A stretch of 62,953 nucleotides of DNA, filler included, from Chiloscyllium plagiosum (taxonomy: Eukaryota), in NCBI RefSeq assembly GCF_004010195.1. It is 3 parts of one record of this genome, joined end to end, with 100 filler letters (N's around TTAATTAATTAA, not from the genome) between each part and the next. Parts side by side here need not be neighbours in the genome. Positions count along the whole stretch, not along the records: positions 1 to 30,243 come from NC_057710.1; 2 more parts are not named here. One strand, written 5' to 3'. Shown here one piece after another: positions 1-12,442 of the stretch. The first letter of the stretch is position 1. Each line of letters starts with the position of its first letter. The translations under genes were made by a program, and so were the position numbers. The notes beneath the pieces were generated by a model. The model made no database searches and was not told where the DNA came from. It saw only the letters and a program-made list of their open reading frames with translations.

Positions 1-156
1 GTGATAGGTGGAAAGAGGTCAAGGTGAGGGTGATAGGTCAGACTGGGGTGGGGGCGGAGAGGTCAGGAAGAAGATTGCAGGCTAGGAAGGCGGTGCTGAA
101 TTCGATGGATTTGACTGAGACAAGGTGGGGGGAGGGGAAATGAGGAAACTGGTGAA
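1..156 (-). mobile_element. Penelope-like element 3' fragment (family A)
   Basis: Nearly identical to 56386-56448. The reverse complement (ttcaccagtttcctcatttccc...) resembles the end of the PLE at 4195-4220. Confidence 0.7.
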
Positions 157-245
157 TAGATCTGGGTGGGTTGTGCTTCGATGGGTTGGTATGGACTTGT
201 TGGGCCGAAGGGCCTGTTTCCACACTGTAAGTAATCTAATCTAAC
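157..245 (+). mobile_element. HE1-type SINE 3' end
   Basis: ggacttgttgggccgaagggcctgtttccacactgt followed by an (aatct)n tail, shared with the full-length copies in this window. Confidence 0.75.
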
Positions 246-967
246 TTTGCCCAACAGTTCCTCCAAGATTAGTTGTGAATGTCACTGTTTGTTAATTTTC
301 CCAGATGCACTCCAATCTCCAGCGATACACGAATTCAAACAGCAAAGGTGGTAACTGTGCAGGTTTTCTCTCTCTCTCTCTCTCCTGCACTGTCCTTACC
401 ATGTGCTTCCTTTGTCTGCTCTTCTCCCTTTTAAACTGCTGTTGTTTTGACTTTTTTTTTCCAAAGTTCCAAAACAATGCAACAGCATATAAATCAGTAA
501 TTGCTGCTCCTGGAATTCGAGGAAATCACCTCCAACACCTAAAATACCTCAAAAAAAAGAAGCAGCTCTTACAGCCAGAAATTATTCCTGTCCTCCATCT
601 TGGATTACCCAGAATCCATCTCAAAGATTTCTAGGCGAAGTAGGCTCCACCACCCCCACAATGACTCCTGAGTTAGAGACAGGCTCTAGTTCTATTCATA
701 CAACAAAACTGAGCAACTCCACCTCGTCTGGATCAGTCAGTGCTCTGCTCTGCACTACTGAGACCAACGGCAGCTGCCCAAATGGACTTGGCCACAATTT
801 ACTGCCAGCTCAGTGCCTCTGTTTAATCACCTGAGTGTTTCTGGAATGTTCCTAGCCAGTAGTTACTGTCTTCATTGAAAAGATCTTTATCTTCAATCCC
901 CAGAACCGCTTCCATCACCAGCAGGAGATTGCTCAGGTAATAAGGGACTGGAGGCCTGCCCTTCCCC

Positions 968-1100
968 GGGGCCGCTCCCTCCCCGGGGGAAGGGGCACGG
1001 GCCACTCCATCCCTGGGGGCAGGGGCACGGGCCGTTCCCTCCCTGGGGGCAGGGTCAGGACCCACTCTCTCCCCGAGAGCAGGGGCACGGGCTGCTCTCC
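968..1100. repeat. GC-rich 30-bp minisatellite, about 4.5 units
   Basis: Units such as aggggcacgggccactccatccctgggggc start at 991, 1021, 1051 and 1081. Confidence 0.85.
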
Positions 1101-1529
1101 AATGCCGCCTCGAGAGTCTGCATGGAAGGCGGCCGCTTCTGCTGTCAGCCCCGCGGGTACCAGTCCATGTTTCTGGCACTGTCGACTGCAGGGCCAGGGG
1201 GTTAAGGCCGCCCCGAGCTCGGACAGAAAGACTGGAGCACAGCCTCTTCGGGACAGGGGACAACATGACAGCAGAGGTCCCGCCTCCAGCGGGACGATCA
1301 ATCATAGCCCAAGCTGGGCCCACCCTCCACAGACCAACCAATCACAACCTGGCCACGGCCCTTCACTGCACCAACCAATCAGATTTCAAGAATTGGCCCA
1401 CGGTCAAGATGCAGGAGCTTAATGACATTTCTCTGGTGACCCAGCATTAACACCAAATCAGAAACAGCTCAATAAACATTTGCATTGAATTGAATCAAGA
1501 CCAAGAATTTTTGCGCTGCGTATGATGTT

Positions 1530-1833
1530 TATAGATTAGATTAGATTCCTACAATGTGGAAACAGAACCTTCAGCCCAACAAGTCCACACCAACCCTTTG
1601 AAGAGTAACCCACCCAGACCCATTTCCCTCTGACTAATGTACCTAACACTATTTAGAATGGCCAATTCACCTAACCTGCACATCTTTGGACTATGGGAGG
1701 AAACCGGAGCACCCAGAAGAAACCCACGCAGACACAGGGAGAATGCGCAAACTCCACACACACAGTTGCCCAAGGCCGGAATTGAACATGAGTCCCTGGT
1801 GCTGTGAGGCAGCAGTGCTAACCACTGAGCCAC
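1530..1833 (-). mobile_element. HE1-type tRNA-derived V-SINE, full length
   Basis: Minus-strand head ggtggctcagtggttagcactgctgcctcacagc, central V-domain-like segment, (tagat)n tail at 1530-1546. Confidence 0.9.
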
Positions 1834-2420
1834 CTATACTTTTAGAACTTTTGTTCGCTCTTGATATTTTGTGTTTACTGCAACCAGCAAAGGTATTATC
1901 CAGCATTTGTGACACAGGTGAATAAGATACCTCCATACAGCATGAAGAAAACTTGGTATTTTGTTTAGAAACTGTCATGTTTTAAATTCAAGATGATTCT
2001 GGAATGCTTTTATGTACAGTTATAAGTAGGGACAGGATGCAGATAAGAAACTATGTAAAGAAGTTCAAGGGCACGGCGTTAAAGTTTCAGCTTACTTGTT
2101 GATAGACCTGTCTGTTTGTTTTGCTTGTTGGCTTTCATCTTGGCTCCTCTCAGCTCAGCTTTCACTTGATCTTGTAACTGGGAGAAAAAGGCCTTTGGCG
2201 AGCGTAGAGTTTTGTCTTTCCCTTCATCCTTCAGCAATTACATCTGAAGACTGTCAAATTTGAGACATAAGTGCAATTTATTTGTTGAACTCAAACATTT
2301 GCCTTCTAATTCTTCACCCCTTGAGAAGCAAGGGATCCTGATTAGCTCGAAAGCCTTGAGAAACCGGGATTGTGCTTCATAGGCCAAAAGGAATTGACCG
2401 AGGTTTAACTTGCTCTTTGT

Positions 2421-2752
2421 GTGACACGGTGGCTCAATGGTTAGCGCTGCTGCCTCACAGCACCAGGGACCCAGGTCCGATTCCAGCTTTGAGCGACTGA
2501 CTGTGTGGAGTTTGCACATTCTTCTCATGTCTGCGCGGGTTTCCTGTGGCTGTTCCAGTTTCTTCCCACAATCCAAAGATGTGTACGTTAGGTTAATTGC
2601 CTAAAGTGTTCAGGGATGTGTAGGTTAGGTGTATTAGTCAGGAGAAAATGTAGGGTAAGGGAATGGGTGTAGGTGGGATACTGTTTGGAGGGTCGGTGTG
2701 GACTTGTTGGGCTGAAGGGCCTGTTTCCACACCATAGGGATTCTAATTCTAA
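2421..2752 (+). mobile_element. HE1-type V-SINE, full length
   Basis: Head cacggtggctcaatggttagcgctgctgcctcacagc, tail gggcctgtttccacaccatagggattctaattctaa. Confidence 0.9.
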
Positions 2753-3260
2753 ACTGCTGCTCAAAATTAACAGAGCTTTTGATGGATTAAGCAGTGAAAA
2801 ATTCTTTCTATTTTGTTGAAAACAGAGGACACAGGATTGCTGCAATTGTAGGAGGTAGAAGTGTGAAAGTGTCAAGGAAAGTGCTGTCATTGTCTGGAAG
2901 GAAGTAATGACTGTGGTCAGTGTGAATAGCATTGTGTCATGGAGCTGTCTATGTCAGTCAAAGTTTTACATTTTAAATCATGCTATTTGCATTGCTAGAG
3001 AAAAATTAATTTTCTCTTGGAAATGGTTTTAACAATTTAGCTTTGTAGATTTTGAGTCAAAAATGTGAGACTGCAGGGCAGGATTTTCCAACTGAATGAT
3101 ATAGGCAGTGATGAGAAAGTTAGGAAAATTCAGTGAAATATACTAAAACATCGCAAATCAGATTTTCGATGCTGAGCAGAATTATGATTTTTCCCTTTAA
3201 CATTTAGTTCTGAATCTTACTACTGAGTGGCAACAGCCTAACTTCCATGAATTTACATCT

Positions 3261-4245
3261 TACCATGAGCTACTCTCACCTCTCCATCTCCACTTCCAGT
3301 GATCAACTCAACACGGACATCTACTTCAAACCCACCGACTTCCACAGCTACCTGGACTACACCTCCTCCCACCCTGCCTCCTGTAAAAATATTATCCCGT
3401 ATTCTCAATTCCTTCCCCTCCGCTGCATCTGCTTCCAATTCCATTATAGAAAATCCCAGATGGCCTCCTTCTTCAAAGACTGCAATTTCCCCTCCCATGT
3501 GGTTGACGATGCCATCCAGCACATCTCTTCCACTTCCCATACCTCTGACCTTGAAAGCCACCCCTCCAGTCGCAAAAAGGACAGAAGCACCACCACTCCC
3601 CACCCCCCCATCCCACCCTGGTCGTCATCTTCCACCCCATCAAATTCCGGATACATCACATCATCCTCTGCCATTTCCACCACCTACAAACAGACCCCAC
3701 CATCAGGGATATATTTCCCTCCCCTGTCTGCATTCCAAAGAGACCACTCCCTCTGAACTCCCTTGTTAGGTCCATGCTTCCCACCAACCCACCCTCCACT
3801 CCCAGCACCTTCCCCTGCCACCGCAAGAAGTGCAAAATCTGTTTCCACACCTTCCCCATTATGTCTGTCCAAGGCCCCAAAGGATCCCTCCACATCCAAC
3901 AGAGATTTACCTGTACTTCCATACATGTCATCTACTGTGTCTGTGGTTCTCGATGTGGTCTCCTCTACATTCGGGTGATGGGACGCCAGTTTGCGGAACA
4001 TTTCAGAGAACATCTATGGGACACACGCACTAAACAATCCCACCATCCTGTTAATGAACACTTTAATTCTTCCCCCGCCACTCTGCCAAGTCCTGGGCCT
4101 CCTCCGCCACCAAACTGTAGCCACCCGATGCCTGGAGGAAGAATGCCTCATCTTCCGCCATGCAACCCTCCAACCATACAGGATCAATGTGGATTTCACC
4201 AGTTTTCCCATTTCCCTTCCCTACCCACTCCCATCCCAAATCCAA
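3261..4245 (+). mobile_element. Penelope-like retroelement, decayed RT thumb plus GIY-YIG endonuclease
   Basis: Frameshifted translations TDIYFKPTDFHSYLDYTSSHP...IPYSQFLPLRCIC (PLE RT C-terminus) and FPCHRKKCKIC...FTCTSIHVIYCVCGSRCGLLYI...FAEHFREHL (Cys linker plus GIY-YIG). Confidence 0.9.
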
Positions 4246-5344
4246 GGTAGAGAAATCAAATAGGTAGCATTGGGATTATTTTTAAGGGTAGATTGTTGAC
4301 AAATTATGATGTTGAAGATGTAAAAGGTTGCTGGTGCAGCAGGTTTTTATACCATTGTCTACATATCGATCATAGTGAGCTGGTGTAATCCTGTAATTTA
4401 ACAATATTGCGCCTGGCACTATTCAGCATGATCTTACATTCCCACATTGGCAGGTTTTAAATTTAGAGGGGCAATTCATAAAATTCTGTTGATGGCAGTC
4501 CCACTGGCCTCTTCACCCCTTTCTATACCTCCACAATTTTATAATAGGTCAGGAGAGACTTTGGTAACCTGTCCACTCCCACCTCAGTCAACATCCTTAT
4601 GGCATCAAATAATGACTACTTCTAAGGGTCACTTCCCACCTTGTCTCAATTTCCTGGCTTGCAAGAATAGTTCAGCAGAGGAGAGGTGCAGAAAGTGACA
4701 CTGTTTAGGCCTCATGAGAGAAAAATAATAAATGCTCCAATTTTCAAGTGCACCAATACATATGAGGATGCATTAATCAATTAAAAGTAAAGTTAAAGGG
4801 ATATACCGATTTTGAATTTTGGCAAGTTACCTCGATGTATGCTGAACTCAGTAGTTCCTCTTAGGTTCAGTGTCAAGGCCATAATGATTTTGACAGTCAA
4901 TTTAGCCTTTGTTCCAGATCTGTCAGCTACTGGGCTGGTGCTTTCCTCTCTGTCTGTGGCATGTGGATAATCAAACAGGAGATGGGACTCAAATCTGGCA
5001 AGTTCAATGGAAAAAGAGAGAGAGAGAGAAAGAAAGGTAACCTAGTCAGGGCTTTGCTTTTTCAGTGCTTCATTTGTTTCCTGTAGACTACAGAAAAATA
5101 AGTTGCTTAAGCAGAAAAAGTCTTTTTTGACTTCTCACATTATCCTCTCTCTCCAAGTACTGAGCCAATTCCAACAATGATCATGTGTAATAGATGGCAT
5201 GGCCTGAGTTCATGATTAGATTATATCAAGGCACATTCCATTCATAACCAGAATCTCTTGTCCACTGATGGTATCCAACACTCTGTTCTCAACCCAATGA
5301 ATCTCCAAGTGATTGTTTAGATATTTTGTAAATGGAATAGAAAC

Positions 5345-6625
5345 AATAAGTTTGGTTTATTTTTGTCACATGTACCAAGGCACAGTGAAAAGGTGGTTTT
5401 GTATGCTGTACAGGCAGATCATACCATACAAAATGTATCAGGTAGCAGAACAAGGTGCAGAATACAGCCACAGAAAGTGTAGCAAGACAGATCAATATTA
5501 GCATTTAAGAGTCAACATATGGCGTTGGAAATGCACGGCCAGTCAGACAGCATCCGAGGACCAGGAGAATCGATGTTTTGGGCATAAGACCATCATCACA
5601 TTCTTGATAAAGAGCTTATGCCCGAAACATTGACTCTTCTGCTCATTGGATGCTGCCTAACCTGCTGTGCTTTTCCAGCGCCACACTTTTTGACTCTGAT
5701 CTCCAGCATCTGCAGTCCTCACTTTCTCCATTGTTGTTGAGAAGTCCAGTCTAACAGTGGAAAAGAAGCTGTTCTTGAATCTGTTTGTACATGTATTCAA
5801 TTTTTTAAATTTTCTGTCCGACAGAACGAGTATAACTGGGATCGGAGGGGTCTTTGGTTATGTTGGTTGCTTTCCGGAGGCAGTGGGAAGTATGGATGGA
5901 GTCAATGGGTGGAAGGCTGTTTTGCCTGATGGACTGAGCTGTGTTCACAACTCTGTAGTTTCTTCCGGACTTGGGGAGCACGGTTGCCAAACCACACTGA
6001 TGCATCAGATAGGATGCTTTCTGTGGTGCATCTGTAAAAATTGGTAAGAGTCTTTTTGGGCATACCGAATTTCCTTAGCCTCCTGAGGAAATAGAGACAT
6101 CGTTGTGCTTTCTTGAGTGTCGCGTTGATGTAGCTGGACTAGGACAGTTTGTTTGAGATTATCTCTCCCAGGAACATGATGCTCTCGACCATCTCCACTT
6201 CAGCACCATTGATGCAGAAAGGGGTGTGCCTTCCACTCCACTTCCTGAAGTCAATGACCAGCTCCTTCATTTTGTCTTTATACCATGCCGCTACACACTC
6301 TTCCCTGTATTCTGTCTTGTTTGAGATCTGAACTACAACGGTGGTGTCATCAGCAAACGTGTAAATGGAGTTGAGCAGAATTTGGCCATACAGTTGTGAG
6401 TGATTAAGGACTATAGTAGGGGGCTAAGTTCACAACCTTGCAGGGCACCAGTGTTGAGGATTATGGTGGAGGAGGTGTTGTTGCCTATTCTTTCTAATTG
6501 CAGTTCTATGGGTCAGAAAGTTGAGGATTCAGTTATTGGGGGGCAGGGGTTGTTGGCGAGACCTAGGTCTCAGAGTTTAGATATTAGTTTGTGTGAAATT
6601 ATGGTGTTGAAGGCAGAGCTGTAGG
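5345..6625 (-). mobile_element. Rex1/Babar-type non-LTR retrotransposon, 5'-truncated and decayed
   Basis: Minus-strand YSSAFNTI (~6596-6624), FADDTTVV (~6335-6358) and LPPIDSIHTSHCLRKATNITKDPSDP. Interrupted by a PLE-derived insert at 5521-5729. Confidence 0.75.
5521..5729. mobile_element. Short palindromic PLE-derived element (family A type) with two degenerate hammerhead motifs
   Basis: Inverted repeat centred near 5600. The + arm carries cttgataaagagcttatgcccgaaac, and the element ends ctccagcatctgcagtcctcactttctcc. Confidence 0.7.
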
Positions 6626-7559
6626 CAATAAGTTGCTGGAGAAACTCAGCAGGCCTGCCCATATCTAGGGATAAAGAAACCAGAATTAACATTTTGAGTC
6701 TAATAACTGCTCTTCAGAGCTTGTACTGGATATCATAGTAATTAGCTGCTGTGTTTCACTAAAGAGTTTTTCAGACTATATTATTTTAATAACACAATTC
6801 ATGTACATGATCATAATATTTCCAGTGACTCTTTCTCCTTTTCAGAGCAGGATGGGGAAGATAAACTGTTATTTTAGTTACATAAATATCTACCCTTTTT
6901 TGACTCTCTTCTGTAGAATGCCATATTTAACTTCCACCTGCCTTCTGTACAGCTCTATCATTCACACTCCATCAAGTTAATAACAAAGACAAATTGTGTC
7001 TACTTATTACTAGAACTCCTGGTCATTGCACCTGCCACGCACTGAAGTCTTTTTTCAGTTGTAAATTCCACTGCCAGCCTTTGCTAATCAGGAAGTTTGA
7101 TGGAGTCTGTGAGGTTAAGTGTCACTCCATAAATTCAAGACCTCGATGAGCAAGGTGGCATATTGAATCTTAACTGATAATGGGCAAGTTGATGAGAGAA
7201 AATAAACTTCTGTATGCAGCAGCATCTGGACAGTCTCCCATTCATCCGCTATGATCTGCCAACATCTTTATGACTATTTTAATACTTTACCACCTGTTAG
7301 AATGCACCTGTTCTATGGAGTCATAGAAACAAGGGATTTCAATGATAATGAATGATGGGGCATTGCTGTCAGCTATTCAGAATCAGCATCTGTCTCCATG
7401 ACAGCTGTGATGTTGAAGACATATTTGCAAAAACAAAATGTCAACAATCATTTAAAACAAATATTCAGACAGACTCAAACTCAAGACTAAGTTAATATTA
7501 GTGGCCACATAACCTATTCAGATAACACTTCCCTGATTGTTATTTTTTAACCTCTGTAT

Positions 7560-8000
7560 ATAGCTAATTTATTTTAATATACATTCTGTGAAGCTACATG
7601 ACCTAAACTTAGCAACAATGATTTTAACTTCCAAATTATGTCCATGGATTTGATAACCCACTTGTCATATCCAGCGACATCAGTTTTTCAGTTTTGGAAA
7701 TAACTAAATCATCTTCAACAAATGATGTTGAGCCAAAGCTTGATCAGATTTATACTTCAGAATCATTCAAATGATGAAACGTGACAATGATCTCTCCCAA
7801 CAAAGATGAGTTCAATAAATTTGTGAAGCATCTAGGTTCCACTCATTTAGCAATCATAGCTCATTGGCCAAGAAGTAATGAAGAAGTGCGAAATTTAAGC
7901 AAAACCTAAAAAAAAACTGATTAACACAGCTGCAAAGAGCAAGTTACAGAAGCAAAATCTCCATACCTATCTATGCAATTAAAGAATGACTCCTTAACTT
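7560..8000 (+). mobile_element. Highly decayed Ty3/Gypsy integrase core
   Basis: Manual translation gives SSTNDVEPKLDQIY...RDND...DEFNKFVKHLGSTHLAIIAHWPRSNEEVRNLSKT*KK...LHTYLCN*RMTP. This matches the rve pattern STSA..VI.KL..IF...SDNG...EF..F...LG..H..ITP.WP.ANGEVE...TLK...FL.NYR.TP. Confidence 0.6.
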
Positions 8001-8409
8001 ACCGCAGGAAAACTTTCAGTATTAATCGTTGTACATACTATGGGCTCAGCAGAGCGAATGATCAACATGTAATCAAAACTGATAATGAACAGAATGATTC
8101 TATCAATGATATTCCAAATAAAGGACATGGGCTAAGTGAAACCATGCCTAATGTTAAATGGTACCCTATCCATGAGAGAAATCGTCCATGATACGTAGGC
8201 AATTATGTTATGAAATCAACTATTTTCTATCTGTAAACAATTTTTTTTCACTCTTCGTAAATGGCTGAGTACACTATTGAAGTATTGTAAGCATTAGAAA
8301 ATGTCTAAATTGAATATTCTAATTACTTTTCACATCATTGTTTACATAAGATACATTGAAGCATACTATGATTTTTTTTTATTATGTACTAAGAAGGGAA
8401 GGGATTAAT

Positions 8410-9560
8410 AGAGTCATAGAGTCACAGAGATGTATAGCATGGAAACAGACACTGACGTCTCATTCCATACAGGTACCACCATCTTTATGAAAAGGTTGTC
8501 CCTTAGGTCTCTTTTATATCTTTCCCCTCTCACGCTTAACCTATGCCATCTAGTTTTGGACTCCCTGACCCCAGGGAAAAGACTTTGTCTGTTCATCCTA
8601 TCCATGCCCCTCATAATTTTGTAAACCTCTATAAGGTCACCTCAGCCTCCAACACTCCAGGGAAAACAGCCCCAGCCTGTTTAGACTCCCCATCTATAGC
8701 TCAAATCCTCCAACCCTGGCAACATCCTTGTAAATCTTTTCTGAACCCTTTCAAGTTTCACAACATCTTTCCAAAAGGAGGAGACCAGAATTGCAAGCAA
8801 CATGACCTCCCAACTCCTGTACTCAATACTCTGACCAATAAAAGAAAGCATACCAAACGCCTTCTTCACTATCCTATCGACCTGCGACTCCACTTTCAAG
8901 GAGCTATGAACCTGCACTCCAAGATCTCTTTGTTCAGCAACACTCTCTAAGACCTTACCACTAAGTATATAAGTCCTGCTAAGATTTGTTTTCCAAAAAT
9001 GCAGCACCTCGCATTTATCTAGAGTCATAGAGTTATAGAGGTGTACAGCATGGAAACAGACCCTTCGGTCCAACACATCCATGCCGACCAGATATCCCAT
9101 CTCAATCTAGTTCCACCTGCCAGCACCCGACCATATCCCTCCAAACCCTTCCTATTCGTATGCCCATCCAAATGCCTTTTAAATGTTGCAATTGTACCAG
9201 CCTCCACCACATATTTTGGTGTCATCTGTAAACTTACTAACTGTACCTCTTATGCTCGCATCCAAATCATTTATGTAAATGACAAAAAGTAGAGGACCCA
9301 GCACTGATCATTGTGGCACTCCACTGGTCACACAGACCTCCAGTCTGAAAAGCAACCCTCCACCACTACCCTCTGTCTTCTACCTTTGAGCCAGTTCTAT
9401 ATCCAAATGGCTAGTTCTCCCTGTATTCCGTGAGATCTAACCTTGCTGATCAGTCTCCCATGGGGAACCTTGTCGAACACCTTACTGAAGTCCATACAGA
9501 TCAAATCTACCACTCTGCCCTCATCAATCCTCTATGTTATTATTTCAAAAAATTCAATCA
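8410..9560 (-). mobile_element. CR1/HER1 LINE RT 3' portion, with a second 3'-end copy nested at ~9021-9210
   Basis: Translation QRDLGVQVHSSLKVESQVDRIVKKAFGML...LERVQKRFTRMLPGL. (agagtcat)n tails at 8410 and 9021. Confidence 0.9.
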
Positions 9561-10199
9561 CTGTTTCTTTTTGAAACGTTGTTTTGAAATATTGCATGCA
9601 TTATTTACTTAAAGATGTCGTATAGAACCATATCAGCTGAGAGAGTCTGCAAGCAGAACAATATGATGGGAGAAGCTGTTCAATAAAGGAGGCGTGTTTT
9701 TGGCATTTTTAATTCTGAACTATCTTTTGCTACTTTGAGCCTCACAAAACTCTTATTCACAGGGGAGCAGAGTGATTGTGGGTGGATTGGTTGGGGAGGA
9801 GCAAGTCTGGATTGGAAGTCACCCAGAGTAGCTCAGTGAATCTTGGTAGGACAGCCTTTCTCCTGTTAGACCCCTAAAATACTTTGAAATCTACATGTTT
9901 GTGTCTTCAACGCTATCATCAATTATAGTAAGCTGTCCCACCATTTCTGTACAACAATGACACACATGATTCTCTATATCATAAAATTCTGACTTGCATA
10001 TGAAAAAACACATACTGAAAGCAACAGTGACAGTGTTGTCAAAGTAACAGTGTTAAATTTCTATCAAGATTCTTTTTATAATGCTGCTGTCATTTGACAT
10101 GGAACATTTAAATGGATCAGGGAATATTATTTCAGTAATAATTCAAGAAGTTGCAATATTTTGTTTCTCTGTGCATAGATTGTTTCGCATATGCATTTT

Positions 10200-11415
10200 C
10201 AATCAATTAATATAGTTTGTAAATTTGTGAAAAATTTTGGATGCTAAAAGTGAATTTTTGCAAATGACACATAGGTGGAAAGGCAAACAAAGGATGATAA
10301 AGCATGGACAAAGGCATGTTGGCATGTTAAAGAGGACAGAGGCATGTAGACAAGTTAAGTGAGTGCACAAAAATCTTGGCTGATGGTATATAAAGTAGGA
10401 AAATATGAACTTCGGCAAGAAGAACAGAGGAGTTGAATATTACTTAAATTGAGAGAGAGTGTGGTATGATTCTGCACAGAGCAATGGGGGAATCCTCAGA
10501 CAGGAATCAAAGAAATCTCACATTCAGTATCGCAGTTCACAAAATAATTAGGAAGGCCAATGGAATATTAGCCTTTATTTCAAAAGGAAGGGGCTTCAAT
10601 AATATGGAAATCTATATAAGGCACTGGTTAGACCATACCTGAGATATTTGTGAATTGCTTTGGTCCCCTTATCAAAGGAAAGATATGCTGGCATTAGAGG
10701 CAGTCTAGGGAAGGTTCACTATGGAGGAGCAAATTACTGCAGATGCTAGAAGCTGTATTGAAAATAAAAAGTGCTGGAGATCACAACTGGTCAGACAGCA
10801 TTCATGGAGAGAAAGCAAGCTAATGTCAAGTCTAGATGACTCTTCATGAGAGCTGAAGTGAAATGTGGAGAGAGCAGCATTTATGTAGTTGTTGGGGGTA
10901 GGGTTTGGTGTTGGAGAGCTGAGTGAGAATGGATATTGATAGTTCAGATCGAATGATTGGGATAGGAGAATGGGAGAACAATGGAGTGTCTCACTGCCAG
11001 ACTGGAAAGAACAGGCAATCGTACTGATGCCCCTCACTAGGTAGATTCTGGGTATGCAAGGACTGTCTTAGAAGGAGAGCTGAATAGAGTAGATTTGTAC
11101 TCATTAGGATTTAAAAGAATGAAAGGCAGCATTAATTCAACATACAAGATTTTTAGGGGACTTGACACAGTGGATGCAGATAGCTTGTTTCTCCTGTGGG
11201 ACAGTTTAGGACTGAAGGATAGAGGTAAGGACAAATTTGTTCTCTCAGAGGGCAGTGGAGTTCATTCCTGCAAAGGGCTGTTAGTCAGAGTTGTATAATC
11301 AAGGATTATGGGGAAAAAGATGGAAAGTGGAATTGAGAATTATCAGATCAACCATAATCTCATTGAATGACAAAGCTGAATAGCCCACTTCTGCTCCTGT
11401 GTCTTGTAGTTTTAT
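10200..11415 (+). mobile_element. Old CR1 LINE 3' portion, interrupted
   Basis: Remnants of FADDTK (tttttgcaaatgacaca), YKALVRPYL, ALEAV.GRFT and YKIFRGLDTVD, plus a CR1-like 3' end. Confidence 0.7.
10722..11035 (-). mobile_element. PLE-derived insertion within a CR1 element
   Basis: Contains actgcagatgctaga...gtgctggagatcacaactggtcagacagcat, related to the PLE ends elsewhere. Flanked by a short direct repeat tcacta (~10716 and ~11034). Confidence 0.55.
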
Positions 11416-12419
11416 GTCATCTCTGGGGAAGTTGCCACTTTCCCACTTGGTGTTGCTGTCAAGAATCCAAGGACATGTGTAATGCATACTAAATGCAAGC
11501 ACAGCTTTCTTCAGCCTACTTCAAAATGGCCACAAATTCAGTTATGACATTCCTACTACATCATTATGTTACATCCAGTTTCCAAACTAAATAGTGCCAC
11601 AGATGCAGAAAGACTGCTTTAAGGTCCAGATCTCTGAACTTCATGAAGGTTGAAAAAACTCAAAACAATTTGAAGGATGATTTTAAAATCAGCAACATTC
11701 TTTTAAGTCAGTTCTCAGAAAGGAGATTATGTCAATACTCCTAGTCTGTAGTGGAACACTTTGGGGTTAAACAAAGTCAGGTCAAGGTTATCTATCACTT
11801 TGAAACTGATTGCTTATTTTGCACAGTCTGACAGTACACCACAGAGTATGTTGAAGGATGTCAGTACAGCTCCAATGGCGAAAGATTTTTGATGTCACTG
11901 AAAATTTAGGTGTGCATATGGAGATTTTCATAATGTCAGTCTCTGCTGCGTTGAATCTGGAAACAGAAGGATAGTTTTATTTCTCAGATTGTTTCCCTAT
12001 TTGGGCATTTTTGTTTTCTTTCCATGAGATGTGGGCTTTGATGGCAAGGCCAGCCTTTGTTGTTCCCTAACCCTATTTTGTCTTTGAACTCTGTGGGCTT
12101 TGGAGTCACATATAGTCCAGATCAGATAAGGACAGCAGATTTCCTTCCCTAAAAGAAATCAATGATCTTTATAATTTTACAGATGAGGAACAGTCAAGTG
12201 ATGAAAATAAAATTAAGAACAAGAAAATAAGAACAAAATGGGATGCAGAATAGAATAATCAGCTATATAAACAACAATATTATTATAGCTGTAATCTGAA
12301 ATCATTATTATGTTTTGAGTTAAAGGAATAATAGTTAATCTTTTGCTTTAAATACTTTAAAGCCAAGATTAATTGGTCAGTTCTCTCACTAATAAATGTG
12401 AATATATTTATGGATATGG

Positions 12420-12442
12420 ATATATATATATATATATATATA
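12420..12442. repeat. (TA)n microsatellite
   Basis: Directly visible. Confidence 0.95.

Noticed and set aside
270..634. 109-aa + ORF and a possible LINE 5' UTR on the minus strand
   Set aside because: The ORF crosses a (CT)n tract and homopolymer runs. The UTR idea rests only on a caagatgg motif and vague recall, too weak to list as a feature.
2421..2490. tRNA-like sequence with A/B boxes
   Set aside because: It is the SINE head. There is no complete cloverleaf, and it continues into the SINE body.
1549..2576. Recurrent ORFs such as MAQWLALLPHS... and CGRKPEHPEETHADTGRMCKLHT
   Set aside because: Incidental translations of HE1 SINE copies, not host genes
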